Shown one piece after another: positions 1 through 13,779 of a DNA stretch of 64,000 bases (its first letter is position 1; every line of letters starts with the position of its first letter). Origin of the DNA: Kudoa neothunni (taxonomy: Eukaryota > Animalia > Cnidaria); the NCBI GenBank assembly GCA_964304625.1, contig OZ199838.1:3918705-3982704 (forward strand), read 5' to 3'. A model generated the notes under the pieces. It was not told the origin of the DNA, did not search any database, and saw only the letters and a program-made list of their open reading frames with translations. A program made the position numbers and the translations under genes.

Positions 1-261
1 TTTCATTTGCTTGAAGTCAGATATATAATATCTATTTGAGCAAATGACACCTTTTTTAATATTATTTCTTCTTTTATTTGGCTGGTTATCATATACCTTA
101 TTATCGTGTTTCGAATTATTCTCGTTGATTTTGCTTTGTACTTAAACTTAGTTATATCATTATAAATTAATATTTTAAAACAATATTTAATAATTTTCTA
201 GTTATAAACACTATTATCTCAAATATAACTTCAATTCTCTTAATAGAAATTATTGAATTAA

Positions 262-421
262 CCCTTTCGATCCGAAAAAATAAAAATTGAGAAAAAATAT
301 TTTCCGTTATATATCATTTTTAGATAAAAATTAAAATGGAATATACTATTTTTGATTTAAAAAGTATTATAAATAATTAAATAACTACATGATGCCATTG
401 GCATTATTCGGGTCGAAAGGG
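262..421. mobile_element. 160-bp piggyBac-type MITE
   Basis: TTAA at 258-261 and 422-425. Left TIR CCCTTTCGATCCGAA; right TIR reverse complement CCCTTTCGACCCGAA (1 mismatch). Confidence 0.85.
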
Positions 422-2979
422 TTAAGAATTACAATTATTTCAAGCATAAAATTCATAGTTTATTCGTCTGATCATAGCAATAAATTGCGTAGATGCTAAT
501 TAGGTGTTCATTGTCAATTTTTAAATTTTTTTGTTATTTCTCTTTTAACCACCATTTGGATATAAGTACATAATCTTGTAAAATACTGTAAATGATGCTA
601 GAGAATATCTAAGAAACCGTGATTATCGCCCCATCATTTTAAATTTTTAGTATCAAATCAATTAAACTTAACCAGATTAAAAATTAGAGCTAATCAATTT
701 AATTTTTCAGTTTAAATAATTAAGAATTTTAAACTATTAGAAGCATAGAAATCAAATAAACCTTGAAACATGTATCTTATCGATTCGTAAGTTTTACATT
801 CAGAATCTTGCTATATTAGAGTATCGATTTTCTCATTTATTTCAATTAAAATAAAATAAAAACGTTAAAGGAACTAAATGATGATTTTGAATTAACACTC
901 AACTACTAAATTAATATATCGAGTCTTAAAGTAAGCCAACATAATTTCGCGTTCAAATGTGAATGTTAGGGGGACATCGCGAGCCGTACTTTGGTGACCC
1001 CTGTTTAAACGTATTGCATAATTTATGTCAAACCGAAAAAAATAATAAAGCATTCCTATTGATCACAAAAAATAATATTCATTTGGAAGTAACATTACAA
1101 AAATTATTTCTCTTAATGTATGTAAAAATAATTGATTCGAAACTAAAACAACTATGTATCGGGATCACTCAAGAGTCGTTAACTGGTGGAACAGCGAGAT
1201 CGTAGCTACATTATATATTTGATATTCCTTATAATTATCAAGGAATATAAAACGTTAAGTATTCCAATCTGTAATAATTTCAAAGGTTATTGTGCTAGTT
1301 TTATCATGAAAATTATCGTAATTTAGATTTAAATATTTTGAAAGTCACGAAATTATTCATAGCTAACCTTTTTAAAATTAGCTTCATAAGTATTGATCTT
1401 ATTTCTTTTGTTAATTATTTCGATAGATGATAAGTCGATACTTTTCTACCTCATCCAAACGAACCAATCATACCCACGATAATTAGCGTGTTCATCTCTT
1501 CCTTTCCGTATTGATGTTCAACCGGTTGATTAGTCTGACTGAATTCTTCCAAAATATCATTTAGTCTATATTATAGCCTATTTTGATATATTTAATAGTT
1601 TCATAATTTATATTTAAGAAATTGCGAACTATCACAGTATATTATTAAATAATATTTCTCTTTAAATTATGAATTTATTATTTTATTTCAATTATCGAGA
1701 AACAATACGAATTATCATTAAATTTTCGCTAAGGCGTGTAACGAGTTAGTAGGAATTATTGATTATTACGCAGATTTAAAACTCATTGTTTTACAAAATA
1801 AAAAAATAACTCCCAGACTCCACTAAAAACTTGTAATCAACGTTCTATTTTAAGTCTAACTAGATAGATAAGGTTTTAAGGAAAGTTAAGATTTGATGGT
1901 AATCTTATGCATTCTTTTTTAATCTGCGGGTGAGTCGATAAATTCCACAATCGAGTATTGATGAAATTCTCGCCTCCTATATTTATATAAGGCTAATATT
2001 AATAAGTATGTTTTTAGAGTGTGGTCACTTTTGAGTAATAAATATCCTAATTCTGAATTTAAATCGCTCAAATTATGAGCAGGAATTCGGTTCATGCGTT
2101 CTAACCTTAAAAGACATTTTTATTTCATACTAATTGAAGATAACAGTAGTAATCAAAATAATAAATATTGTTTTTATGTAATGCACATGCGCGAACCTTC
2201 AATCTAATTCTTCAAATGAGTTTCATTGCAGTGGATATTTCTTATAATTGCTAACACAACAAATATCATGTGGTCGATTAAATAACCATCGAAATAATAT
2301 TAATGGTGTATATGAATATAAGTGTTGTTCTCCGAAAAGTAATCACTAAGTAGATTATCACAGTAGATAACGATCACATTAGAATGTAACTAAAATTTAA
2401 ATTATTAGCTATTCTTGCATATAAGTCTGTTGAAAAATGGATGGAATAATTTTTTTCTCCGAATAATTTACATACATAATGAGATAATATATTTGAAAAT
2501 AGAGTGCATTAAATTATAACTACATTGATGCAATTAAAGTGGATGTGCCACTGCGTAAGAAGGTATTTTGTTTGATGAGATTATTTTCGGGATTGAAGAT
2601 TCCAGGTTATGACACAAAAAAGGTATACCATATAAATTTCACCTAACACATAAGTAGAAATCTATAACTATGTGTGTGTGGTGATATTAGTCTGAATGAG
2701 TGGTGTAATCGGTAAAAATAATTGTCTCAAATTTAAATTTTACCTATATTTGGTCAATACCTGTTAACTTAAAAATTATACCAACGATCGTTGACGAGTT
2801 TATGGTGTTCTATTGGTTTCCTAATAACCAAGTGTTACGTTGGGTGTAGTTATCCTTCCAAACATTATATAAGATTCGGTTGATAAATATTTTGATACAA
2901 TTCAGTCTAAAAACTAACAAAACATAATGTGATGTTTTTGGATGAATAAATCTGTTAATTTTAATTAACATAGTTGGAA

Positions 2980-5900
2980 ATGGATCATAATATGAGTGAT
3001 GGTGATTTTGGCCATCAGTCTCCAATAGTTGCTAATGGGATGTCATGTGAGCCTTTGTTTGACTGTCTCAATGTGTATTCAAGTGGACTATTTTTTCATT
3101 TGAAAAATCCTCACTCAAGTAATAACCAATAATAGATCGAACGATAATAAAGCAGATTTTTTTGTTGGCTAGATGACTATAACGGCGTTGTTGGTGGTAG
3201 ATCATCCCCAGCTCGCACTAATTTTTGTGGGAATTTTAAAATATTGAAAATTAGTTCAAAAAATCAAGAAATTTTTATGTTAGAATGGCATCCGAAACCA
3301 TTTTTTCTCAATAAAAAATACACCAAAAACAAGCATATATCAAGTGATTCCAGTTTTTCTTCGTCAGATGTGTCGCTCGAAAAAGTTTCCTGTATACTTC
3401 CTCTACCACATTTGAAAGAATTTATCAAATTATTTTTACAACCTAGATAATAAAAGTAATAGCGGCGGTATAACAGACGATGAACCCCCTTCGAAAATTG
3501 ACCCCAAAAATAAATGCAGTCAAGAATTAGTAGTAACAAATGATAGTTGTGCTGGAATAAACGATCAATCAACACACTCTCTTTCCCGGTTCTAACACAC
3601 TGGATTCTGCCTTAATAAGCTGAAGGTGGGGGAAGATGAACAGTCTACCACCTCCATCAATCCCACCTTAAAGCATTGCGCCAGTTTAGGTGATTTACCT
3701 CGAATGGCAAATGTTCAAAAAGCCGTTTCTGCACGATTGTCAAATGAGGTCCGATCTAATATCAACTGCGAAAGTGGTGTAAACCTCGCTTTCAAAAAGC
3801 ACTCTTCTTATAGCACAACCAATCGAGGAACGCAAAGATCATCCACGTTTTTCACTAGAACTCGCTCTCTACGAATCTCACCATATGTGGACAACAATTG
3901 CCTCGCATATCATCCAGTTTATCGTGAATATCGTGATTTTATCACTGCGATAAAAATCTATGTGAGTGAAAGGAATCACGATTGTGGATATCTGGTTGTG
4001 TACAGTGTCGAAGGCATATCGAAAGCGTTCAATTTTTTGAGAGGTGGTATCAAAAAGTTGATGATCATTTTGAGCACGTTTAAATGGCTTAAAACGAACC
4101 AATCTATTGAAAAAATACAAAAATGATACAAGAACTAGAAAACAGGTAATACTTTAGAATGATTGTTGGTTTCATTTTGTTATGGTTGTTATTTTTTTTA
4201 AATAATATCAAATGTTATTTAATTTTTTTATAGTATTTTTACAAGAACGTCAATTTCTTGTCGTCGTCCTTCGAAGAATTACCACAATATGATTTGAATG
4301 CATTATCAAACTTTTACATCAATAAACCAATAGATCGTCAGATGTTTGAAACATTTTTCAATGCCAAAGGCCAGCTGGTTGATGTGTACAATTTCAAACG
4401 TGTAACTATCTTTATCTCTTTCTCTATTACTAATAATTTGTATTCAGCTACAAATACTTTTTAATTCAATTTCTACCTATCTCTATTACTAACAATATCA
4501 ACTCGATTTAAATATTTTTAAAACCAATTTTTTATCTCTATCTCTATTACTAACAATACGAAGTCAATTTAAATATCTTTAAAATCAATTTTTTGTCTAT
4601 TTCATTGATAATGTAGTTTGGATATTTTGTATGGTTTCGAAGAAAATGTGCGATCAAATGCATGGAAATTCATTTTTGGTTTCTATGCGTTTTCAAGCAC
4701 CTACGAAGAACGCACACAAACAGAAAAAACACTTTCTAACGAATATCACATTCTTTCTTCATTAAGGTGATTTCTACATCTACTAATAATCATTACGGTT
4801 CTTTTGACCACATTTACCTACAGAATTAAAGAAGAAACCATTTCCAGCAAGCCCAATCCCTACCTAAGTATTATTGAGAAAGATGTGGTTAGGACTGACC
4901 GAAAAAACCCCTATTACGCCGGAGACAATAATCCCAATCTACTCAAAATGAAGTTGTTCTCATAGCTACTTTTGTCAAAAAGTTATTATTAACTATTATA
5001 GAAATATACTACTAAATTATTCCTATTATCGTCCAAATATTGGATATTCGCAAGGAATGAGCGATCTATTGGCACCTATATTATCGTTGTTGAAGGAGGA
5101 GAGTGACTCATTTTGGTGTTTCGTCGGTTTCATGGAAACAGTGCTTTCTGCCACTCTTCCATCTGAAGATCGCATGGACCATATGATGGTAATGTTTCGA
5201 TGATAGATTTTATTTTTTTATTTCTATCAATATAGTTCCTGGTGTTCAAATTGATGGAACAATTGTGTCCTGATATACTGAACTTTTTGCGAAGGAACGA
5301 TCTTGAGTTATCCATGATTTTCCTGCATCGCTGGTTCATACTTTCATTCCAGCGAGAATTCCCTCTTGAACAAGTATTTTTTTGATTTTATTTTTTAATT
5401 CATAATCAATTACACTTTAAAGTGTGTATAATGTGAGATTTTTTGGTTAGGGATTTCGAATTTGGGAAGCCTGTTGGTTCTGCCCCACTGTCGACAATGG
5501 ATACTTTCAAATTTTTGTTGCGCTTGCTATGATGTTAAAGTATCACAAGAAAACCAAGTGTAAACGCTCAATTTTCTATCACACACCTGACGAAACCCTC
5601 AACTTTTTCACCAATATCATAAAAATTGTCAATGCTGAAGATGTGCTGAAGAAGGCAAGAAAATTAGTGGCACGCATCAAACAGTCGCCCGTGTTGCCGT
5701 GTGAACTACGGGTTTTCTTATTCGCCCCATTGGGTTGGAATCACAGTTTTTCACCTAAAGTAAATTTTCGTTGTTTTGAATTACTGTTGTATTATTTATT
5801 ATAAAATTGAATAGATCAAATGCAACTGTCTGGACGAAGATAACTGTATCTACAAAGATTGGACCCTCAATAATAAAATGGAAAAACTCATCATCGACTC

Positions 5901-5982
5901 GATTAAATCATTCCAAAAGCAACACCCCAAAATCAGCAACCAAATCAAACGACTCACCAAACAAAATGATATCAAGCTTTAA
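2980..5982 (+). CDS. TBC1D16: TBC1D16-like Rab GTPase-activating protein (multi-exon)
   Basis: Exons approx 2980-3118, 3173-3391, 3447-4145, 4234-4401, 4617-4767, 4824-4952, 5002-5188, 5236-5373, 5451-5759, 5815-5982. TBC motifs IEKDVVRTDR (Arg finger), NILLNY..GYSQGMSDLLAPIL (Gln finger), FWCFVGFM, HRWFILSFQREF, RIWEACW; C-terminal LPCEL...KC matches TBC1D16 type. Needs +1 corrections near 3586-3632, ~4120 and 4617; start codon uncertain. Confidence 0.85.
4413..4598 (+). repeat. ~60-bp tandem repeat x3 inside a TBC1D16 intron
   Basis: Core TCTCTATTACTAAYAAT ... AAATA.TTT..AA..CAATTT recurs three times at ~60-bp period. Confidence 0.8.
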
Positions 5983-6661
5983 ACCCACAATAAATATTTT
6001 TTATTCGTTTTATGATATAATGTTGTAAATATATATTAAGATATGTGTTTTTGCTAATACTGCTGTATACGTGTAATTCTCAAATTTTTTGGAAATTATG
6101 CCGTAGTAATATTCGGCTGATGTCACAAAATTTTCATTTTTATTCTATTTAAACTTAAAGGAAAAATTGAAATATAATAATAATTTTGTCGACAATTCTA
6201 TTAAATGATAATACTTCTTAGAGTGTTCAAGAAGAAACTGAGAGAGATATTTTTGAATCAACGTTTACATTAGATTTAACTAAGTTAAAAATCTTCAAAA
6301 ATTTTAAAAATTCCCCAAGTATTGAGCAGCCATAGGAAATCCCGCAACTCAATTGAGAAGCACTTAGCACAGGACTTCCCGATTAGGGGTCCAAGACCCA
6401 AACTTTGATTCAACGAAAATATTGTATCGTCGAGCACGCTTTGTACATAATCTAATAGTTTTACGTAATGGGAATCTCTGTCGAACGTATGTTATGTGCG
6501 ATTCGAGCGCTGGCGAAAAGAAAAATTAGTTTGATACCTCTTCGAACTCAATATATAAATTAAATATCTTTCTTAATACAATCTAAATATATCGTTCAAT
6601 ATCTTTGATGTTTGTTTTATTAACTTTCATAAATCATCTGAATATCTTTAACTCTCTAGGG

Positions 6662-6690
6662 CAGGGTCGGCAACCTGCGGCTCCCCACCT
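6662..6690 (+). mobile_element. Orphan hAT (Buster/SPIN-like) terminus
   Basis: CAGGGTCGGCAACCTGCGGCTC preceded by CTCTAGGG (nnnTAnnn); partner end not found. Confidence 0.4.
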
Positions 6691-7444
6691 TACGTGCATA
6701 ATATAAACTAGAATATTTAAGGTTAAAACGTATGTAAATTATATTTTTCGAAATCAAAGAAATCATTATTAACTTCGAATTTTGAATTCATAGAATGTAT
6801 ACTTCACAATTTTATATGGAAATATATGGGGAGTGTAAAAAAATATGGTACCGGGAAATCAACATTTTACCTTAATTTTCTTTTTGCGTAATTTTGGTTA
6901 AATCAAAAAAGATAATGAGAACAGAATTACCAACAACAAACATCTAAATATTAATAATTACCGATTGACCAAAATCTATACATATGAATTTTTTACGAGA
7001 CAAAAAAGAGGTAAATGTTCCTCTTTTTCTTCCTGCTTTTTAAATTAAATGGTTATTTTTTGTTATTGTTCAAATTTTTCCTCAATTAAAAAAATAAATA
7101 TATGGCTAAAGTCTCCCAAAAACATACTATTCGAATATTTACAAAAATCTTTTATTAATGATAGTTTAATTAATTTATAAATTTTTGTAATAAATATTGA
7201 TTGTTATAAAATAAATATACATGTATTTCCATTGAATCGAATACACTAGAATCTTTTTGTCTGTACATATTTTTGTTAATAGCCTTCCCTTAATGATTCT
7301 AGTCAGAAACAAACTAAGAAAAGAATTTAATGTCGAAAGTTTATAATGTTGTCTATAACTAAAGACAACATTATAATCTTACTGACATTGAACAACTCTC
7401 TGTGGAAATCAACGAACATATATCTTATTGAGCAACATATTTAA

Positions 7445-9265
7445 CCTTCCGAGTGCTCCGAAAATTACTATAAATTTGGATTTGGTGCTTTTGGGCTCAT
7501 ATATGACCCCACAATTTTCTTACATTATTTTAATTTAAATATATTGAAAAACTTTTTAGTAAAATTTAAGAGGAATCTATCGACGAATTCATACTGAATT
7601 TCGTAAAATATATAAAACGAGAAGATACGATTAGAACCGATTTCAACTAGATGATCGATTTGTCTGTAATTATTAAAATTTTCCTTTGTTTATGGTTTAT
7701 TTAATTATTTTATAACTCACGTTAGATAAATATTAAATGAACCTATATTTTAATGGTGAAAATAATTTCATTTTAGTAAAATTAAGTTTTGACCAATGTA
7801 GTAAATAATTTGTATATTGTTTGGATAAAATGATCGTAAAACTATCAATGTTAGAATATATTATTTAAAAATAACAGCATTTAAAATATTCTGACTGACA
7901 GTGTGTGAACAAATTATAAAAATAACAAATGGCAAAAAAAACATACGTATTTCAAACAGAAAGATTGGATTAATAAACAAGAAAATCTAGTTCGGTGTTT
8001 CCAAACCTTTTTTCCTTCGTTCCCTAATTTTTCTTGAAAAAAGTTCTGTTCCCCGCCTTTTCCAAAATTATTTGTTTTTTAACTTAAACAATTAAGAACA
8101 TTCAATCAAACTTCCTGTCATATCAAAATATGAAAGCAATTAATATACAATTCCTTTCGCATTCAACATAAAATTTATTCGTCCAGATCTAACTTAATTT
8201 ATCGATTGGCCTTAAAAATTAACCTTTTAATTCTTCACATCGCCAAAAACAACGCGAAATAAAACTCGTGATAATCTAACCCACATCACGCAAAACTTTA
8301 ATGTATACGTGGGTTATAAACCGAAAATAAATAATCTGGATATAAAACGATCAATACTACATTAGGTTAAATCAAAAACAGGAGAGATCATGATTATAAA
8401 TGAGAAAAGATCGGGATTAAAACCATTTCGATTCTTTGAAGCTAAAGGACCGCGTTAAGGTTATTATTTATAGTCATATAATTATTCGTTGCGTTTGGTG
8501 TTATTTTATGATATTCATAATAATTTAAAAATAATCGATGTCAAAAATCAAGGTATTGATTTCAGTGTGTGCCATAATGTCCAATTATTTCATCATTATC
8601 CATGTCACATCAATGCTCAGGATTATCAGCGTCCCATTAGAGCTGTTCATTAAGTGTTGAAAAGCTTCTATTCCAACAAAAATTTTTCCACGTCTCATCT
8701 CTCATCTCATCTCTCATCGATGGGTCGTGGTTATTATGTTAAGAAACACCGCATTATATTTGCCGTAATGCAAAGTTCAATTAGCGACAATTTATCAGAA
8801 TTAGAATCTGATAAATCTGACTCAGAATCACTATATTGGGTAGAATTGAAAGTTTCACCACAGTGACTCTTAAAATCCTCGGAATAGTCCTCGTCCTAAC
8901 TGTCCATCATTCGAAGTAATCCGCTTTGTTGTCACTCGCATGAATTCGGGAAAGGGTTTTCCTCACTTCCTCTTTATTTTATCGATAGAATTCTATAAAA
9001 CTTTGGATTATGGTACTTACAATTTTTCCGCGTTATTTAATGAAAAAAAAACCTAGAGTCATATACGACCCCACAAGCATTCCGTGTTACAAGTACGCAT
9101 ATCTTTTTATTAATTTAGATAATTAACAAATTTTTTCTCACATTACATTAAGCATTTGTTTTTAAGAAAATAGACGTAATATCAGTCATTTTCAACGACA
9201 AATAATACATTAAAAAATATCACAATATGCTCTGGAGTCTTTACGATCCCAAAGCGCTCGGAAGG
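7445..9265. mobile_element. Non-autonomous piggyBac element (~1.8 kb)
   Basis: TTAA on both sides (7441-7444, 9266-9269). TIR CCTTCCGAGTGCT / AGCGCTCGGAAGG. Subterminal palindromes GGGCTCATATATGACCCC and GAGTCATATACGACCCC. Confidence 0.85.
7993..8460 (-). mobile_element. Truncated hAT MITE nested in the piggyBac element; same family as 22585-24416 and 50359-51060
   Basis: Starts CGGTGTTTCCAAACC after ATCTAGTT. Bases ~8000-8450 resemble the reverse complement of ~23950-24416. Confidence 0.65.
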
Positions 9266-10155
9266 TTAAGCTGTCGGTAGAATTGTTGGCATTTCTGTTT
9301 CTCAGTTATTTTTAACAAAATTACAAATAATTATATGTGAGCGTATTTCGTTATTTAATGGATAATATGAGGTTTCATCATTCAAATCATGAATTTTACA
9401 ATGAATATGAAATTCATTATCTTCTATTGTATTAACTCTATCTTGGTCCGGGTGAAGAATTTTTTTCAAAAATAAAATTCAAACTTAAAACGAGTGGCTC
9501 TATCAGAGATTGGGGTGAGTTTTTCCACGCATGGATCACGCATTTAGCAGTGTTTCCAAAATTTGTTTGAAAATTCGGTTTTTGCGCTTTGAGAGTTTTT
9601 TGGGAAATTCCACATGGAAGGCGATATTTGAATAAACTAATATTGTAGAATGATTATTTTAATTAATAATTTATTTTTAATTCTATTTAGTTAACATAAA
9701 CATTTTGGGTCGCATTCATAACTATTGGATTAAAATCAGATAAGATATATTTTATTTTATGATAACGCAAATGTTTCATCTCATTCTTGTTAAATATTAA
9801 AATAATACGATAAACTTAAAAAAATTCAATGAATTTCTTAACATTTTTAATACATTTGGAAAGACGTCTTAGAAAATTGAATTCCTAATGAAAATTATTA
9901 ATTTTATGACATTAAAAAATTAATGTCTATTTATATAAACAGGCCAAGTAAAATCCCACATCATATTAAATTGTTTTTGATCGTTGACTTCAAAAAATGG
10001 CGTAATTTTGCAAAATTAATTTTTAATATATTAATTTAGATGAATAATTTTTAAAACATATAATGGATTAACGGCTATGCTTCTATTAAGAAAACTTGTT
10101 TTTTATATCGACGTTCTAATAAAAGATGATCAAATTCGAATAAATTTAAATTGAT

Positions 10156-10183
10156 TGAATGAATGAATGAATGAATGAATGAA
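10156..10183 (+). repeat. (TGAA)n microsatellite
   Basis: About 7 consecutive TGAA units. Confidence 0.9.
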
Positions 10184-11070
10184 CGAAATGTCAGAATTTG
10201 TTTCGGCTTCTTCAATCTCAAGTAAAACTGTGTAGAATCTACTTTTAGCGTAGATTTAAACAAAAATTCTTTTTTATTTCTCCCTTCATTTATATATATA
10301 TAAATGGATTTTTAAATAAATATATTTAAATATTTTTAAGTCAATTAGAAATTAGTTAAGTTATTTTTTAAAAGAAACAGATTCAAAAAGTACTATACAT
10401 TAATTTTGTCGAATTCACCAATATTTTACTATATCATCATTTGCATATTATTATTATCATATTAATAATACTTTTAAATTTAATATTAGAAATTATATTA
10501 TTTATCTTCATTTAAGATAAAAAAATTAATTTGTGCAATAAATTATATATCCCATATTAGTACTAATAATTTCTTAATGGAGAAAACCATTTATATGGAT
10601 GTTAATCAAAGAAATCATAGTTATAGTTACGCTGAAGCAATAAACAAAGATCGCTAATCGAATTCTACATTTAGTTCATATCATTATATTTTTATGTTAT
10701 CTATATTATAGATTTGAATTTTTTGAAAAGTCATTTTTACATTCGTATGAAACTATACTTAAATAGATCATTTTTAAGGTATCACTAAAATTTTTATAAT
10801 ATTTTTGACTTTTTTTATCAATTTATATTAAAATAATAAATTATTAAAAAATTTGCATGTATTAAATTTAAATCTTAACAATAAAATAATTAGGAAACAT
10901 ACAAATTATACTATTATTTCTTTAGTATATTTATTAACAGGAATCACGTTGATAATATGATTTTGAAATATGTGTAACACATTCCAAATGAGCAATAAAT
11001 AATAGAACCCACCAAAAAATGAACAATTTATAAATACATATAATATTAATCAAAGTTGAGTTGTCTCCGC

Positions 11071-11834
11071 TTAGATTTCATTGTAGTGTTTGTGTGCGAT
11101 GTATTTATCATTGTATTCTCGGTATTGGAAGTAAGCACTGAATAAAAAGAAGATACATGAGAGAAATCCAAACGCCTTAATTTATTTCAATGTATTACAA
11201 TAACATACCAAGATAATATAGATATTACCGCAGCAACCGCCAAATAACTACAACTTGAAAATATAAGTAGTTTGCGGCACCAATACGGATTGAGACTTTC
11301 ATCGTATAGTCTCACGGTTAGGTCAGCTACAATTGCACTTGTGATCAGCATGCTGCAGCCACAGCATAAATCTGTAAAAATTGCCTAAATTTCGCACAAC
11401 AGCATAAGCTAAATTCTGAATAAAATCAAAGTGGAATCTGTTACCAAATAAGACCAACTGAAATCGACTATTCGAACTATAGACGTGAAATAGATGAAGA
11501 GAAAAACCGCAGCATAGGTCATGCACACCGATATACTCACCAACAAATATATTGTTTGTGGAAACGAATAATGGCCTTGAAAATCTACAAGAAATCCGAA
11601 TGCTATAATCAATGAGATCTATCAAAAACAAAACCAATTAATACTGGACCAGTTATTCAACAATATCATATCACAGCAATATGAAATTTAAACACTTACA
11701 AATTCCAACATTTTCAACATTCCTATTGGTGACATCACGTAACCTACATCCAGTATGAGGGTGGTTCTTTGATTTTTTGTCGCCACAAACAGGTGATCCT
11801 TTGTTTTCACATACGGTTTCACATTCAGTCTCAT
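11071..11834 (-). CDS. MARVEL-domain four-TM protein (CMTM/plasmolipin/MAL-like)
   Basis: Exons 11834-11700, 11618-11445, 11384-11229, 11175-11071 with GT-AG phase-0 introns. Translation MRLNVKPYV...YVMSPIGMLKMLEFISLIIAFG...FSWSYLAIFTD...YLAVAAAFGFLSCIFFLFSAYF...*. The SPxGxLKxLE start of TM1 and AAAFGF in TM4 are MARVEL hallmarks. Confidence 0.75.
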
Positions 11835-12036
11835 ATTTGGTTTTGCTCCGCTTGAATTTGATTGCTAATCGTGATGCCATCATAAAAACTCAACAAAAAA
11901 CTATGGCCATGTTGTTGGGTGTTACTTGTAGTCATGTTTCGAAATTGTGCCACACAGTAGCAATACTTCCTTTCAAGGTTGCTTAATTCCAACAGAAAGG
12001 AACCGTTGCTATCGAATCGACGGTGTTTTAGAAACG

Positions 12037-12050
12037 GTTACCATGGGAAT
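12037..12050. promoter_or_regulatory. RFX X-box-like motif, adjacent to a TATA-like TATAAAAG on the minus strand (12052-12059)
   Basis: GTTACCATGGGAAT about 200 bp upstream of the MARVEL ATG. Confidence 0.4.
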
Positions 12051-12374
12051 ACTTTTATATTCATATTACAGTCTCAATGACACCTTATGTTACGCAATAA
12101 TTCCAAGGACGAAGCAAATAGTTAGGATGGGTTTACATTCATGTAAACTGGCAATCTATTAAAATTTATTCTAATTTAATTTGGTTTCCAAATTTATCAT
12201 GAATTTTCGATATAAAAATTAATCCTTGGGGTGGTTCTTTATTTAAACTTTTTTGCTTCTAACTTATCCAAAAATACATAAAAAAATCGGATCAGTAGGA
12301 GCTGATTTGCCTAAAACAACCTATATTCCGCTATCCTGAATATTTGTTTCGATGAAAATTGAGTTGCAGTATAC

Positions 12375-12388
12375 GTTACCATAGCAAC
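12375..12388. promoter_or_regulatory. Consensus RFX X-box
   Basis: GTTACCATAGCAAC matches GTYRCC-AT-RGYAAC, about 540 bp upstream of the MARVEL ATG. Confidence 0.5.
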
Positions 12389-13391
12389 TATTAGCTAAAT
12401 CACCAAACATAACTAGAATCCTAAAATGAAGCTAAAGCTGGTCAATCAAGCACTTTAAATATTTCAAATTTTATGTACAATATAAATTGATACAATATCT
12501 GAATGACTATTAGCGAAGTATCTGACATAATTTACTGGGAAAATACATTCATTAAATTAATTATGGTGGATAAAAATTTAAGATACATATATTCTCCTGT
12601 ATTTAATTACGAATAAGATCGACTAGAAATGGGTGTGTTAAATGTTAAAAAAATAGCTAGTTAATTTCTTTGACAACTTATCGATGCGCATATATCGGTA
12701 ATATTTCATTTATAAGAAAGATTATTATAATAATTATAAGAATATGAGGCATGGAAAATCTATTTATTTTGATAGAAACATGAATCTACTTTTAAATAAA
12801 TAAATAGCATGATTTTAGTATATTTAATTGTAAAAATTTATTAATTAATCACATATATGATTACGGTCGTGTATGATATAGGATGCCAACTAAAATAAAT
12901 TATGAGTTCTAAAATTCATAATGTTATTTTTATCTTTTCTAATAAAACACATAAAACTAAACGCATTTACAAGCCTAATTACTTTATTAATGTGCCAAAT
13001 AGCCAATGAAAAATGAAATAAAAGTTCCAGATTATTAATACGAAATAATTTACATTCAATTGAGACAGAATAAAATGACTTGATTTAATCAAATTTGGTG
13101 TGATTAACTTATTATCAATTATACTTAAAGCTTATTTTTTAGAATTCATTGGGAAAAATATTTTTCGCCGTTTCTTTGCTATTGTAGAAAATGTCAATTA
13201 AATAATAAATGAATTATTTTACATTAACTACTGATAAATGTAGCAAACGATAATTCTGTATTACAAACAATGCACGTGGATTTATTAGAAGAGGATAGAT
13301 TGAATCAGCATTACAACAGCGCCAAATTTGAAGTCATTATATTGAGAATATAGAATTCAGAGAAAATGAATTGGATTTTAATTTTCTCGGT

Positions 13392-13756
13392 CAGGGGTCT
13401 CCAACTATTTCTTCAATTTACCCCTCAACTCGGAAGCTAAATTCATATGTACTTTAAGGTTGTATATTCGTTTAAGTAATATTCATCCATATTTCTAAAT
13501 GCGAAACGAGGCAAAAACAAGGAAACTGATAACAGTTGTATAAACAATTGTTCCTAACAAAGTTTTAAATATTTCTGCCAACATCTTCATTGGGTTTAAT
13601 AGCCTTGAATAATAAAACTCCTTGGAAATTTTTAAATACGTAACAAACCGAATAATGTAAAAATTGCCTCTATCCGATTTGATGTCACTTAATTTACACC
13701 TTTTCATTTAAAATTTATCCTTAGGATGTAACTTTACCCCCGGTTGAAAACACCTA
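13392..13756. mobile_element. Degenerate hAT MITE
   Basis: Left CAGGGGTCTCCAAC, right GTTGAAAACACCTA (imperfect inverse); TSD poorly preserved. Confidence 0.4.
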
Positions 13757-13779
13757 CTCTAAGTAACTGAAAAATTTCC

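Noticed and set aside
963-1205. Short intergenic ORFs in the track (e.g. 963-1205, 8654-8866, 38815-39126, 61533-61751)
   Set aside because: AT-rich compositional ORFs, mostly within TEs or antisense to real exons, with no motifs.
2437-2850. Possible extra 5' exons of TBC1D16
   Set aside because: No consistent frame or recognisable homology could be established.
3593-3595. In-frame TAA in TBC1D16 as evidence of stop-codon reassignment
   Set aside because: TAA and TGA terminate the other genes normally and PLK1 has no internal stops; three +1 errors or an intron explain it.
4413-4598. CRISPR-like repeat array
   Set aside because: Eukaryotic intron; degenerate contiguous repeats without unique spacers; no cas genes.
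11671-11883. Cys-rich ORF MMASRLAIK... from the ORF track
   Set aside because: The MARVEL signature (SPIGMLKMLEF) and splice phase are in another frame.
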